This document shows, piece after piece, positions 39,289-47,951 of a DNA stretch of 64,000 nucleotides. Position numbers and translations under genes: made by a program. Where the stretch lies: the NCBI GenBank assembly GCA_043803405.1, contig JAZDKB010000009.1:64001-128000 (forward strand), written 5' to 3'. The notes under the pieces were generated by a model that was not told where the DNA came from, made no database searches, and saw only the letters and a program-made list of their open reading frames with translations. The DNA is from Spirochaetota bacterium (lineage in GTDB: Bacteria; Spirochaetota; UBA4802; JAFGDQ01). Each line of letters begins with the position of its first letter. The first letter of the stretch is position 1.

Positions 39289-41037
39289 TTACAAAAGCCT
39301 CATTGTGTATAAAACAAATTCATCGGACGCGTTTAATCTTCCGCCCGTAAACAAAAAATTATTGGTATGATAATTAATATCACTTCCATCCGTTTCAGGG
39401 CTTTCATCATTATAGTCGCCCGAAACACCCTTATTTGCAACATCAATTTTATTATCGGACTTTTTCTGTAAATAAACCGGTATCCAGAATAATCTAATAT
39501 AATTCCCGTCATCATCATTGTTGTAGGAGAACATTGAAAAGAGTATGCCGACATGGCCCCCGCCGTCATAGCTGTTGTAGCAGAACAGGCTAAGGTAATC
39601 CATTGCGGACAACTTTGCAGCACCGGCTTTCGATGTATTGTACGAGAACAGCACAGGCATCTTAACATTTATAAAGTCTTCGCCCCATCTCTGGTAATAT
39701 AACCGGAGCAAAAGGCCGAATCTTTTCTCACCGGACTCAAGCCGCCTGTATTCAAATAAAGTCCAGAAAGGCTGGTACATCTTCTCGTATCCATCCGGGT
39801 CCCTGAACGGAAAAAGCGATAGCATATTGAAGGATAAATTCCCCCTGTCATCGTATTCGTACTGGAACAAAGGCCATATCTTAAAATACCGCCATGAACT
39901 CCCGTAAACAGGATTCGGTTTATTCTTATATTCCCTTTTAAAATACCAGATTATTAGAGCATTGATATAATATTCTGATTCAAAAATATCGCTGCGCTTT
40001 TTAAGGCTTATGTAAAGCGGAGTTGCGAAGAACATTTCCTTGTTCTGGTATTTGTACGAACCTGCAACAGGAAAGAATATGCGCTTCGTTATCTTCGGAT
40101 CGCTGCAAGTCTGCCACTGCACAATAGGCCACGGGAAATTCAGCTCGAAATCCCCGCGCTTAATGTCATACCCCCATGAAAAGAACGGCCACAGGAGCGA
40201 ACTGGAGCCTCTTACCGAAGAAAGGTTCCATCTTCTGCCGTAAAACGGGAACGCAAAAAACGTGCGCTCTTCGTCAGCCTTCATAATTGTTCTGCCGTAA
40301 TTGAATATCATTAAAACAGAATAATTATCGTAAGTATCTTTCTTGTAATTATGCGCGTAAAACGGTAGAAACCTTTTATCGTCCCTTGTAGGGCTCTTTC
40401 CCCACTGGATAAGCGGCCACAATATTCCGTGAGCCTTGTAATCCCTGGATTCATAATCGACGTAGGCCGGAATAAGCGAAACAAAAAACACTGCAACATT
40501 CAGCCATGTAGGCGGGAACACCGGAGGATAAATAAAGAACAGCAGAACGCCCGGGAACAGTACAGTCGATATCCTGTCCTGTCCGAGCTTTCCTTTTACA
40601 GTGCCGCCGAAAGGCCACACATGCAAATACCTGTCGCGCGCGTCCTGCGACTCCCCATATAATAAAAACGGGAATGCGCCAAAGTCATAGTCCCTTACGC
40701 CGTTTGCATGAACATAATTAACCGATTCAATTAAACCGAAAAAAGATTTCCAGTCCGTTTTGCTTTTAGTCTCGTATTCCCAGAAGATCACTGGCATCAG
40801 CGATGCTTTAAAGACGTTCCCGTTTTTGTTACTTATGTTTTTAAGGTAAAATGGACGGACTGTAAACGAATTGCTTAAAACATTATTCTCGGTTTCATAG
40901 AACACCCAGTACCAGTTAAAATCGGAAACTCCGGCTGCGTTTGCTTTCTGCGCCAGTAAAGCAAACAACAATATAAAAAGGCAAATCCTGATTGTCTTTG
41001 CGAAACTGCGTTTTAACATGAGAAGCAAATCCGGCAT
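39289..41037 (-). CDS. Secreted aromatic/proline-repeat protein of unknown function
   Basis: Signal peptide (ANA/A); repeated (V/L/I)(W/F)P(F/L) units such as HVWPF, ILWPL, FLPFY, AFPFY, LLWPF, FPWPI, IWPLF. Confidence 0.72.
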   Translation of the reverse strand: MPDLLLMLKRSFAKTIRICLFILLFALLAQKANAAGVSDFNWYWVFYETENNVLSNSFTVRPFYLKNISNKNGNVFKASLMPVIFWEYETKSKTDWKSFFGLIESVNYVHANGVRDYDFGAFPFLLYGESQDARDRYLHVWPFGGTVKGKLGQDRISTVLFPGVLLFFIYPPVFPPTWLNVAVFFVSLIPAYVDYESRDYKAHGILWPLIQWGKSPTRDDKRFLPFYAHNYKKDTYDNYSVLMIFNYGRTIMKADEERTFFAFPFYGRRWNLSSVRGSSSLLWPFFSWGYDIKRGDFELNFPWPIVQWQTCSDPKITKRIFFPVAGSYKYQNKEMFFATPLYISLKKRSDIFESEYYINALIIWYFKREYKNKPNPVYGSSWRYFKIWPLFQYEYDDRGNLSFNMLSLFPFRDPDGYEKMYQPFWTLFEYRRLESGEKRFGLLLRLYYQRWGEDFINVKMPVLFSYNTSKAGAAKLSAMDYLSLFCYNSYDGGGHVGILFSMFSYNNDDDGNYIRLFWIPVYLQKKSDNKIDVANKGVSGDYNDESPETDGSDINYHTNNFLFTGGRLNASDEFVLYTMRLL

Positions 41038-41040
41038 TTT

Positions 41041-41424
41041 TCAGCTTCTTAGGCTATTAATATATTTAGCAATATACAACCTGTCTTCGGGTGATATTAT
41101 GCTGAAGACAAGACCGCCCTTTAAAGTTCTTCTCCCTGCCCCGCCCGTAATACTGCTCCAGACCTTTTTGCCTTCAGCCAGAATACTCTTATCCGAAAAA
41201 ATAATATTAATATAATAATTCGTCATTTTAGCGAACTCGTCAATGCCGCTAAGAGCTTCGGTTTCTTCAATAGAGTAACCGATTCCGTTCACATTTATAT
41301 CTATGACTTTAAGCCTGTAAATCCTGTCGCTGTTTATTTCTATTTCGATATCTTTAAAATTATCATCTTTAACGTATTCAGATATCTCGAATCTTTTAAA
41401 TTTTCTTTTTTCCTTATTATCCAA
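41041..41424 (-). CDS. PilZ domain protein
   Basis: KRKFKRF (RxxxR), DINVNGIG (DxSxxG variant), VW...GLVF pattern. Confidence 0.75.
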   Translation of the reverse strand: MDNKEKRKFKRFEISEYVKDDNFKDIEIEINSDRIYRLKVIDINVNGIGYSIEETEALSGIDEFAKMTNYYINIIFSDKSILAEGKKVWSSITGGAGRRTLKGGLVFSIISPEDRLYIAKYINSLRS

Positions 41425-41627
41425 AACCGTTTCCTGTAATTAATTCTTAAACTATTAGATATTATATCTTTAAATACATCAATAGTTTTTTAAATCAAAA
41501 TATTATAATATTTGCATAAATTTATTCTTCTTATTATAATTAATGACACACTTAAGAATTCAGAATTATATTTATGATATTCATACTTTTAATCCATTAC
41601 CGGTGAGTTGCCGCTTGGAATTCCATA

Positions 41628-43505
41628 ATGAAGAAAGTAGATAAAACAAAAATAAACATCAAAGTTGATAAGCTTGGCGAATCAGCCAGGAAGGAGATGT
41701 TTACCAAATTTAAAGAAGCAGGCGGGGAAGTTACAGAAGAAAAGGAGGAAACAGAAAGTATATCCAAAAAGATAAATAAAATCGGACCTATAACCGGAAA
41801 ATCAAAGGATACTGACGTAAACATCAGAAAAGATTCCCGCATTTATGCAAAAAAAACATTGTACACGAGCCAGCCGAAAACAGGGAAACCTTATTCGGAT
41901 CACAAAGCCGGATTTTTTACCACATTCTCTCAAAAAATAGCAATCCGTTTTCGTCTTTACTTTATGGACATAACGGATTTCCCGGCAGCAAATTTTAATA
42001 ACAAATTTTTTCATTCATTCAACACGGAATACAAAATTGCCCTGATGGGCATCAGATTGCTGTATATGGAATTATTCGGGCAAAACGAGGAACTGATGTA
42101 TCGTATAATGACTACGCTGGATAAAATAAATCCTCTTTACAGTCAGCTTATCGATAAAATGTCCGGGATATATAATGAAGATGAAATGAAAAATATAACC
42201 AATAAATATATCGGCTCCCCGCAAATTATCCAGCCTGTCGGCAGCATAGAAGAACCGATTCTGCACTTATTCAGGAAGATATACGTTCTTAAACCGCACG
42301 AAAAAAATATCTATGCAGCATTTCAAAAATCAATTGATCTGCATTATAAGCTTACAAATAAAAAATCTTCCGAATACAATACTAAAAGAAAAAATCTGAG
42401 AAATGATATTTTTATAATATTTGATAAATTATTCACAGCTCTTTACTGGCTTTTTTGCAGATATCAGAATAAAATTATTCCCCCGGGCTCGCCGGAAATA
42501 GATGATATTTTAAAGATTAAATATTCTAAAAAACAAAGCGAAAAAAGCGTGACACAAGTTCTTCCGGAAGAAGAAAGTCCAATAAAAGACGAAACAGAAA
42601 TATATATTAAAATCGCTGAAGGAGAAGAAAGCTCAGCAGAGCAGGAACCTGAAACAACAATACCCGAAGAAATATTAAAAGGACTACAACTTTTAAAAAG
42701 ATTCAATTTAGATAACATAAAGGACCTGCGATCCGCTTACGATTCAAATATTTCCGGCAATCTGAATAATAATGATAAAATACTGTTTATCTATTATATT
42801 TTTAAGGAATTAGACAATGAATATTCGTTCCTTCTCACTACAAATAAAATAAAATATAAATCCGGTTATTATTTGCCCGGTCACATAAATGTTAAAGAAA
42901 AACTGCTGGATTATTATAATGAGATAAAAAAATGTACAGATCTGTTCATGGAATACAGTAATGCATTTGAACTTTTTGTTAAAGTTCAGAAAGAGAAACT
43001 CTTAAGCGCTGACAGGTATATTGCGCATACAAAAGAGCTTAGCACATTTGTTGCAAGGAGGGAACAAACAGCGCGGGCAGTAAGATTTGCCGTATTGGGT
43101 TTTATAAATAATCTTTCGATCCTGTTTAAAACCCTTATGGATGATATAAATGGATCACGGGAAATAATCGAAAATCCGGACGACGTAATCAGTTTTGAAA
43201 TCACTGCGGATAAAAATAAAATACTTAACAATAAAACCATACTGGAAGCCATAACATCTGCTTATTATTTTGCCAATGCTTTTGCTTATAAACTCAGCTC
43301 ACAGGGCGATCTCTCCGGCAGTGTTGAGTTCGACGAAAAAAAAACAGATGCAAATCCTCCTGACATTAAAAACGGTAACGGGCCATCAGCTGCTTCCCCC
43401 GTTGATTCATTAGCTGACATTTCCTTAGACTCTAAAAATACTAAGAAAAAAGACACAGATGACCAGTCTATAATTGATGAACTGGATGATATATTTTCCC
43501 AATAA
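41628..43505 (+). CDS. Large helical cytoplasmic hypothetical protein
   Basis: 625 aa ORF, no TM, acidic linker and acidic C-terminal tail. Confidence 0.75.
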   Translation: MKKVDKTKINIKVDKLGESARKEMFTKFKEAGGEVTEEKEETESISKKINKIGPITGKSKDTDVNIRKDSRIYAKKTLYTSQPKTGKPYSDHKAGFFTTFSQKIAIRFRLYFMDITDFPAANFNNKFFHSFNTEYKIALMGIRLLYMELFGQNEELMYRIMTTLDKINPLYSQLIDKMSGIYNEDEMKNITNKYIGSPQIIQPVGSIEEPILHLFRKIYVLKPHEKNIYAAFQKSIDLHYKLTNKKSSEYNTKRKNLRNDIFIIFDKLFTALYWLFCRYQNKIIPPGSPEIDDILKIKYSKKQSEKSVTQVLPEEESPIKDETEIYIKIAEGEESSAEQEPETTIPEEILKGLQLLKRFNLDNIKDLRSAYDSNISGNLNNNDKILFIYYIFKELDNEYSFLLTTNKIKYKSGYYLPGHINVKEKLLDYYNEIKKCTDLFMEYSNAFELFVKVQKEKLLSADRYIAHTKELSTFVARREQTARAVRFAVLGFINNLSILFKTLMDDINGSREIIENPDDVISFEITADKNKILNNKTILEAITSAYYFANAFAYKLSSQGDLSGSVEFDEKKTDANPPDIKNGNGPSAASPVDSLADISLDSKNTKKKDTDDQSIIDELDDIFSQ

Positions 43506-43510
43506 ATTGA

Positions 43511-43540
43511 TTGACAAGCACGATTTTCAGCTTATATAAT
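43511..43540 (+). promoter_or_regulatory. Consensus sigma70 promoter of flaA
   Basis: TTGACA-N18-TATAAT. Confidence 0.7.
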
Positions 43541-43588
43541 TATAACAATTATATAAGATTAATCTTAAAAACGGAGGTAATTCGCTGC

Positions 43589-44302
43589 ATGAAAAGAAAT
43601 ATTATTACTGCTTTAATTCTAAGTTTATTTATTTTTACAACAGGCTATACCCAGCAGGCGGCAAAACCTGAAGCAAAAGGGCCGGCAGAAGCTGCTCCGA
43701 AAGTTGAAGCCGTCGAGAAGGCGCCTGAAGGCAATATATACCGTGAAATTACGATTATGGATTTTGAAAACATTGAATTTAAGGACGCAGATATAATCTT
43801 TCAAAAAGCCAGAGAAGAAGAGTATAAAATTGCCATGAGAGATGAAACGCCTGCGCCAATTAATTCCAAAAAATATCTCGGCGTAAAACTCAGAGGCACA
43901 AAGAGCAACGCTATACAGATCAAATTCCCAAAAGATAAAATTCCTGTAATTGATAACTACTGCCAAAGCATCTCAGTCTGGATTTACGGAAAAAATTTTA
44001 CAGGTGAATTTGCAATATATTTAATGGACGCTACAGGAAAAACATTCAGATTATCGTTCGGAAAACTTAACTTTCAGGGATGGCATAAACTGACTAAAAT
44101 TATTCCGTCTGTAGTGGCACAAACCAATAAGTTTCTTGAGGTAAAAACAAACATAAAAATCATGAGTATGGTTTATGTTCCGGGGACCGGATTCAAACCC
44201 GGCACAACCATCCTGGATCCGGAATGGCAGACATTTTATGTTGATGATATAACAGCAAAAGTACGTGAAAAGTACAAAGACAGTCAGAACGACGAATGGT
44301 AA
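43589..44302 (+). CDS. flaA: Flagellar filament outer layer (sheath) protein FlaA
   Basis: GGAGG RBS; signal peptide; I.DFE, KYLGVK, ISVWIYG.NF, D..G....L.FG.LNF.GW.KL, FYVDD. Confidence 0.85.
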   Translation: MKRNIITALILSLFIFTTGYTQQAAKPEAKGPAEAAPKVEAVEKAPEGNIYREITIMDFENIEFKDADIIFQKAREEEYKIAMRDETPAPINSKKYLGVKLRGTKSNAIQIKFPKDKIPVIDNYCQSISVWIYGKNFTGEFAIYLMDATGKTFRLSFGKLNFQGWHKLTKIIPSVVAQTNKFLEVKTNIKIMSMVYVPGTGFKPGTTILDPEWQTFYVDDITAKVREKYKDSQNDEW

Positions 44303-44339
44303 ACTAAAGAATAAAAAAGTTATTTAACAAGATATACAC

Positions 44340-44375
44340 AAAAAAAAAGACAGGTCTATGCCTGTCTTTTTTTTT
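44340..44375. terminator. Bidirectional rho-independent terminator
   Basis: A-run-GACAGG-TCTATG-CCTGTC-T-run between convergent flaA and apgM. Confidence 0.85.
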
Positions 44376-44420
44376 GTAACGCTTACGGCCTCAATCCCCG
44401 GATATAAACTTACTCTTTGA

Positions 44421-45644
44421 TTACTTTCTTCCGTTTAGCATTATTTCTATCAGATCATGCGCCTTGCCGACATAATTGCCGGTTGCCTTTGCCATGTTCT
44501 CTGTAAAGCACGAATCTTTGCCGGATTTTTTGAAACCCGAAATAGTTTTACTGCTATAAATGCAAAATGGCACATCGTCTGAACTATGCGTCCTGATAAC
44601 AATAGGAGTAGGATGATCCGGCATAACCAGAACGCAATAATCGGGATATGATTTTAATCCGTAAATAACCCTTCCCACAACCTTTGAATCAAAATCTTCA
44701 ATCGATTTAATCTTATGCTTCAGGTTGCCTTCATGCCCGGATTCATCCGGAGCTTCCACATGCAGGAATACAAAGTTGGATTTTTTAATTGCTTCCAGCA
44801 ACGCATCTGCCTTACCCGTGTAATTCGTATCGACATAGCCGGTCGCTCCTTCCACGCGTAGCGGTGTAAGCCCTGCTGCCCTGCCTATTCCGTGTATAAG
44901 GTCAACAGCAGATATAGTATATCCATGCAGGCCGAAACGTTTTGCCAGCGACTCAACAGCAGGCTTTTTGCCTCCGCCCCAGAGCCATGCCGAAGCCGGC
45001 TTGCCCTTATAGCGTGTTCCGCTTTTTTTAATGATTTCGGAACCGGCAATGATATTCTGCGATTCCTTAATTATATCAATTAACTCTTTTGCCCCATCGC
45101 CTTTCGGAAAAAATGCTTCCGCTTCTTTTCCCTGAATGTCATGCGGCGGCGTGGTTTCAGCAATTCTGTTATAGGGATAATCCCTCCAAACCATTATGTT
45201 CCTGTACGAAACTCCGGGGTATAATTCAAGTTTATCTGTTGCAATTTTTTTTGCAAGTTCGCCAATTACAATCCTTGTATATTCCGTGTCTATATGATCC
45301 GCGCTGAAATCCTCCATTATTCCGTTCGCAATATTAACCAGGTTGCAGCGGAATGCAACATCTCCGGGACCTAGCTCAATGTCCATGTTAAGCGCTTCAA
45401 GCGGCGCCCTCCCGGTAAAATATCTGGAGGGATCATATCCGAATATCGAAAGGTTAGCGGTATCGCTTCCCGGGGACATGCCCTCGGGTACTGTTTTTGT
45501 GAGCCCGAAAACCCCGTTCCTTGCCAGATCGTCCATATTTGGAGTATCAGCCACCTCCAGCGGAGTTTTGTCGCCCAGCTCTTTTATCGGGTAATCGGCC
45601 ATACCGTCGCCGATCAGAATAATTATCTTTTTTTCTTTATCCAA
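44421..45644 (-). CDS. apgM: Cofactor-independent phosphoglycerate mutase, ApgM type
   Basis: GDGMAD, KTPL..A.TP.MD, PGSDTAN, GRAPLEA, HVEAPDE.GH, PDHPTP. Confidence 0.88.
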   Translation of the reverse strand: MDKEKKIIILIGDGMADYPIKELGDKTPLEVADTPNMDDLARNGVFGLTKTVPEGMSPGSDTANLSIFGYDPSRYFTGRAPLEALNMDIELGPGDVAFRCNLVNIANGIMEDFSADHIDTEYTRIVIGELAKKIATDKLELYPGVSYRNIMVWRDYPYNRIAETTPPHDIQGKEAEAFFPKGDGAKELIDIIKESQNIIAGSEIIKKSGTRYKGKPASAWLWGGGKKPAVESLAKRFGLHGYTISAVDLIHGIGRAAGLTPLRVEGATGYVDTNYTGKADALLEAIKKSNFVFLHVEAPDESGHEGNLKHKIKSIEDFDSKVVGRVIYGLKSYPDYCVLVMPDHPTPIVIRTHSSDDVPFCIYSSKTISGFKKSGKDSCFTENMAKATGNYVGKAHDLIEIMLNGRK

Positions 45645-45647
45645 GCA

Positions 45648-46064
45648 TCAGCTCCTGTCGAAAACCCGGCTTGTGCCGTCCGTGTAATGCAGGGTTTTCC
45701 ATATAGGCACGGTTTTTTTTATCGTATCAATTATATATTTTACTGAGGCGAACGATTCCTCCCTGTGCGGGGACGAAACTGCAATTATAATGCTTGCCTC
45801 TTGCAGCTCCACCCTGCCGTACCTGTGAACTACGATACAGTCCGTAATAGGCCACCTGGCAAACGCATCATCAACAATTTTATTCAGCTCCTTCAAAGCC
45901 ATTGACTCGAATATTTCATAATCAATAAATTTAACTTCGCGTTTTTCCGCTTCCTTCCTTGGCCTGCCGATGAAAACCGATACAGCACCGTTTTCTTCAG
46001 TACCTACTTCGTTTATAAACTTCGAAATTTCTATTTTCTCTTTTTGTGTCTGGATTTTTTTCAT
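45648..46064 (-). CDS. moaE: Molybdopterin synthase catalytic subunit
   Basis: GAVSVFIG..R, YE....MA, HR.G, SSPHR, K..VPIWK. Confidence 0.87.
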   Translation of the reverse strand: MKKIQTQKEKIEISKFINEVGTEENGAVSVFIGRPRKEAEKREVKFIDYEIFESMALKELNKIVDDAFARWPITDCIVVHRYGRVELQEASIIIAVSSPHREESFASVKYIIDTIKKTVPIWKTLHYTDGTSRVFDRS

Positions 46065-46127
46065 GGATTTTTTTTCGTTATAATAATTCGGGGGAGATGC
46101 GGCCGGTTCCGCGAAGGTTCGGGCAAT

Positions 46128-46373
46128 TTACCCGCCGCTGACCGGCGGGAAAACAGCGAGGATATCGCCGTCCTTAAGGATTCTCGATTCATCGCAATAT
46201 TCGTCATTGACAGCGAAAAGCAGTCCGCCTTTCATCTTTGACAAATTGCCGTATTTTCCGCATAAAACCTTAAGCGCATCCCCTACAGATGCTTTTTCAT
46301 TTAATTCGAATTTTTCCTCAGTAAAACCGCATGCCGTCTTTACAGAGGAAAAAGCGCTGACAGTAATTTTCAT
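46128..46373 (-). CDS. moaD: MoaD/ThiS sulfur carrier protein
   Basis: FAVNDEY, LKDGD..AVFPPVSGG C-terminus. Confidence 0.9.
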   Translation of the reverse strand: MKITVSAFSSVKTACGFTEEKFELNEKASVGDALKVLCGKYGNLSKMKGGLLFAVNDEYCDESRILKDGDILAVFPPVSGG

Positions 46374-46424
46374 GACATATACTTTTAATGAACAGGTGAT
46401 TTTAATATATGTTCTTGTTAGTTT

Positions 46425-46796
46425 TCATTTCTTTTTTAACTTATTGTTCGTACTTCTGTTGAACATAAATAAGTAATGTTTTATATACGGCTGAATACTT
46501 TCCGAAAAATCGCCTATATTTACATCTTCGGGTTTTTTCAGGATTGTGGCAAGACTGGTTTTTGATATATCTTCATTGATTGAACTTGTAATCGTAGTTT
46601 TAAATCGTTTAATTATTTCTTTGTCGTTTGCATCGTCCGAATAGTTGTTCATTACAGAACACAGCTTCAGTAAATTTATTTTCTTTTTCTGTTTGGTTGA
46701 GGCATTTGAGACTTTGTCCGATTTCTTTTTTACTTTGGTTTTCGAATTGACCGTTGTTGCTTTTCTGCTATTGCCGGGCTTAATAGATTTAATCAT
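46425..46796 (-). CDS. Hypothetical basic protein
   Basis: Lys-rich N-terminus; GGAGG upstream of ATG at 46796. Confidence 0.55.
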   Translation of the reverse strand: MIKSIKPGNSRKATTVNSKTKVKKKSDKVSNASTKQKKKINLLKLCSVMNNYSDDANDKEIIKRFKTTITSSINEDISKTSLATILKKPEDVNIGDFSESIQPYIKHYLFMFNRSTNNKLKKK

Positions 46797-47144
46797 TAGA
46801 AATAGTCTTCCTCCGAATGTCTTTATTCGAACAATTTTAATTTTTAGTGTTAATATTGTAAACAAAATTTTAATAAGTTCCTGATGAATAATTCACGCTT
46901 CAGTGATTTATTGCATTTCCTCCGTCTGTGGCGTGAAAAACAATAAATCAGTAAAAGTTTTAACTTCCCTGGAATTTTTAAGATAAAATACCATAACACA
47001 AAAGTCTTTAATTACAGAATTGCTTTCTTTAATTTTATTGATTGGAAATATTTTAAAGAGATATTAAATATATATCGATCATTACAATAGTATGTAAATT
47101 ATAAGCTCCTTATACTGACTTTTCTATTCTTCAACCGGGAGAGA

Positions 47145-47930
47145 ATGATGAAAAATAATTTTTTATATGTTCTGTTAGTAATTATCATTGCTGTTTCAGG
47201 ATGTTCGCAGCATCGGGCTGCAGAGATAAAGCAGCAGGAAGATCAGATTAAAACTTACGAAACCGAAAAACTTATAAAATTTTTTACTACTTGTAACAGC
47301 GATATAGTAAAAGCAGTCCAGGTAATAGCAGACTATAAAATGATAGCAAACCTGACTCATCTAAAAAGAATGGACATGGAAGGCAGAAAGTATTATCTTC
47401 TCGAAAGAGAAAATCTCACAAAAATGATTAAGGCTGTTACAGAAGGAACATATTCCGATCTGATACTAATAAACAAATCCGGTGTTATAATTTATACAAT
47501 GTTAAATGACGAAATTTTCGGGCAGAATGTAAAAACTCATTTAAAAGATACTGCGTTGAACACTTGTTTTATAAATAGTTCTCAGAAGGGGTTTTATGTT
47601 GAAGATATTTCGATTTTCCCTTCTTCTAACGGCACTCCGAAATTATTTGTTTCATATCCGGATAAAATAGAAGATTTTATAAGAGGAGTATTTATTATCC
47701 AGATAAATTCTGAGATATTTAAGTCAATTTTCGAAAAAATCCCGATCATAACAGGCATGGACGGCAAATACAGGCTGGATAAAAACGATGGTAATATACT
47801 TCAGCCTTATAAATATTTTGATAAAATTATTCCCGGAAATGGCAGGCAATATTTTGAAATAGAAAACAAAAAATATTCATATTACCAGTTTAAATTCAAC
47901 TCTCTTTCATGGGTAATAATCTCTGAATAA
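47145..47930 (+). CDS. Lipoprotein consisting of a stand-alone Cache-like sensor domain
   Basis: Lipobox AVSG-C; YSDLILINKSGVIIYT, P.LFVSYP, GVFIIQIN, ends at SWVIISE. Confidence 0.65.
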   Translation: MMKNNFLYVLLVIIIAVSGCSQHRAAEIKQQEDQIKTYETEKLIKFFTTCNSDIVKAVQVIADYKMIANLTHLKRMDMEGRKYYLLERENLTKMIKAVTEGTYSDLILINKSGVIIYTMLNDEIFGQNVKTHLKDTALNTCFINSSQKGFYVEDISIFPSSNGTPKLFVSYPDKIEDFIRGVFIIQINSEIFKSIFEKIPIITGMDGKYRLDKNDGNILQPYKYFDKIIPGNGRQYFEIENKKYSYYQFKFNSLSWVIISE

Positions 47931-47951
47931 AATTCAAATTGCAGGGGCAGC

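Noticed and set aside
43511..43588. N-terminal extension of FlaA in the ORF track
   Set aside because: The TTG is the -35 box; the likely start is ATG 43589 after GGAGG, giving a proper signal peptide
46065..46127. GC-rich moaD-moaE spacer as a Moco/Wco riboswitch
   Set aside because: Too short, lies between the genes rather than upstream, and lacks recognisable riboswitch structure
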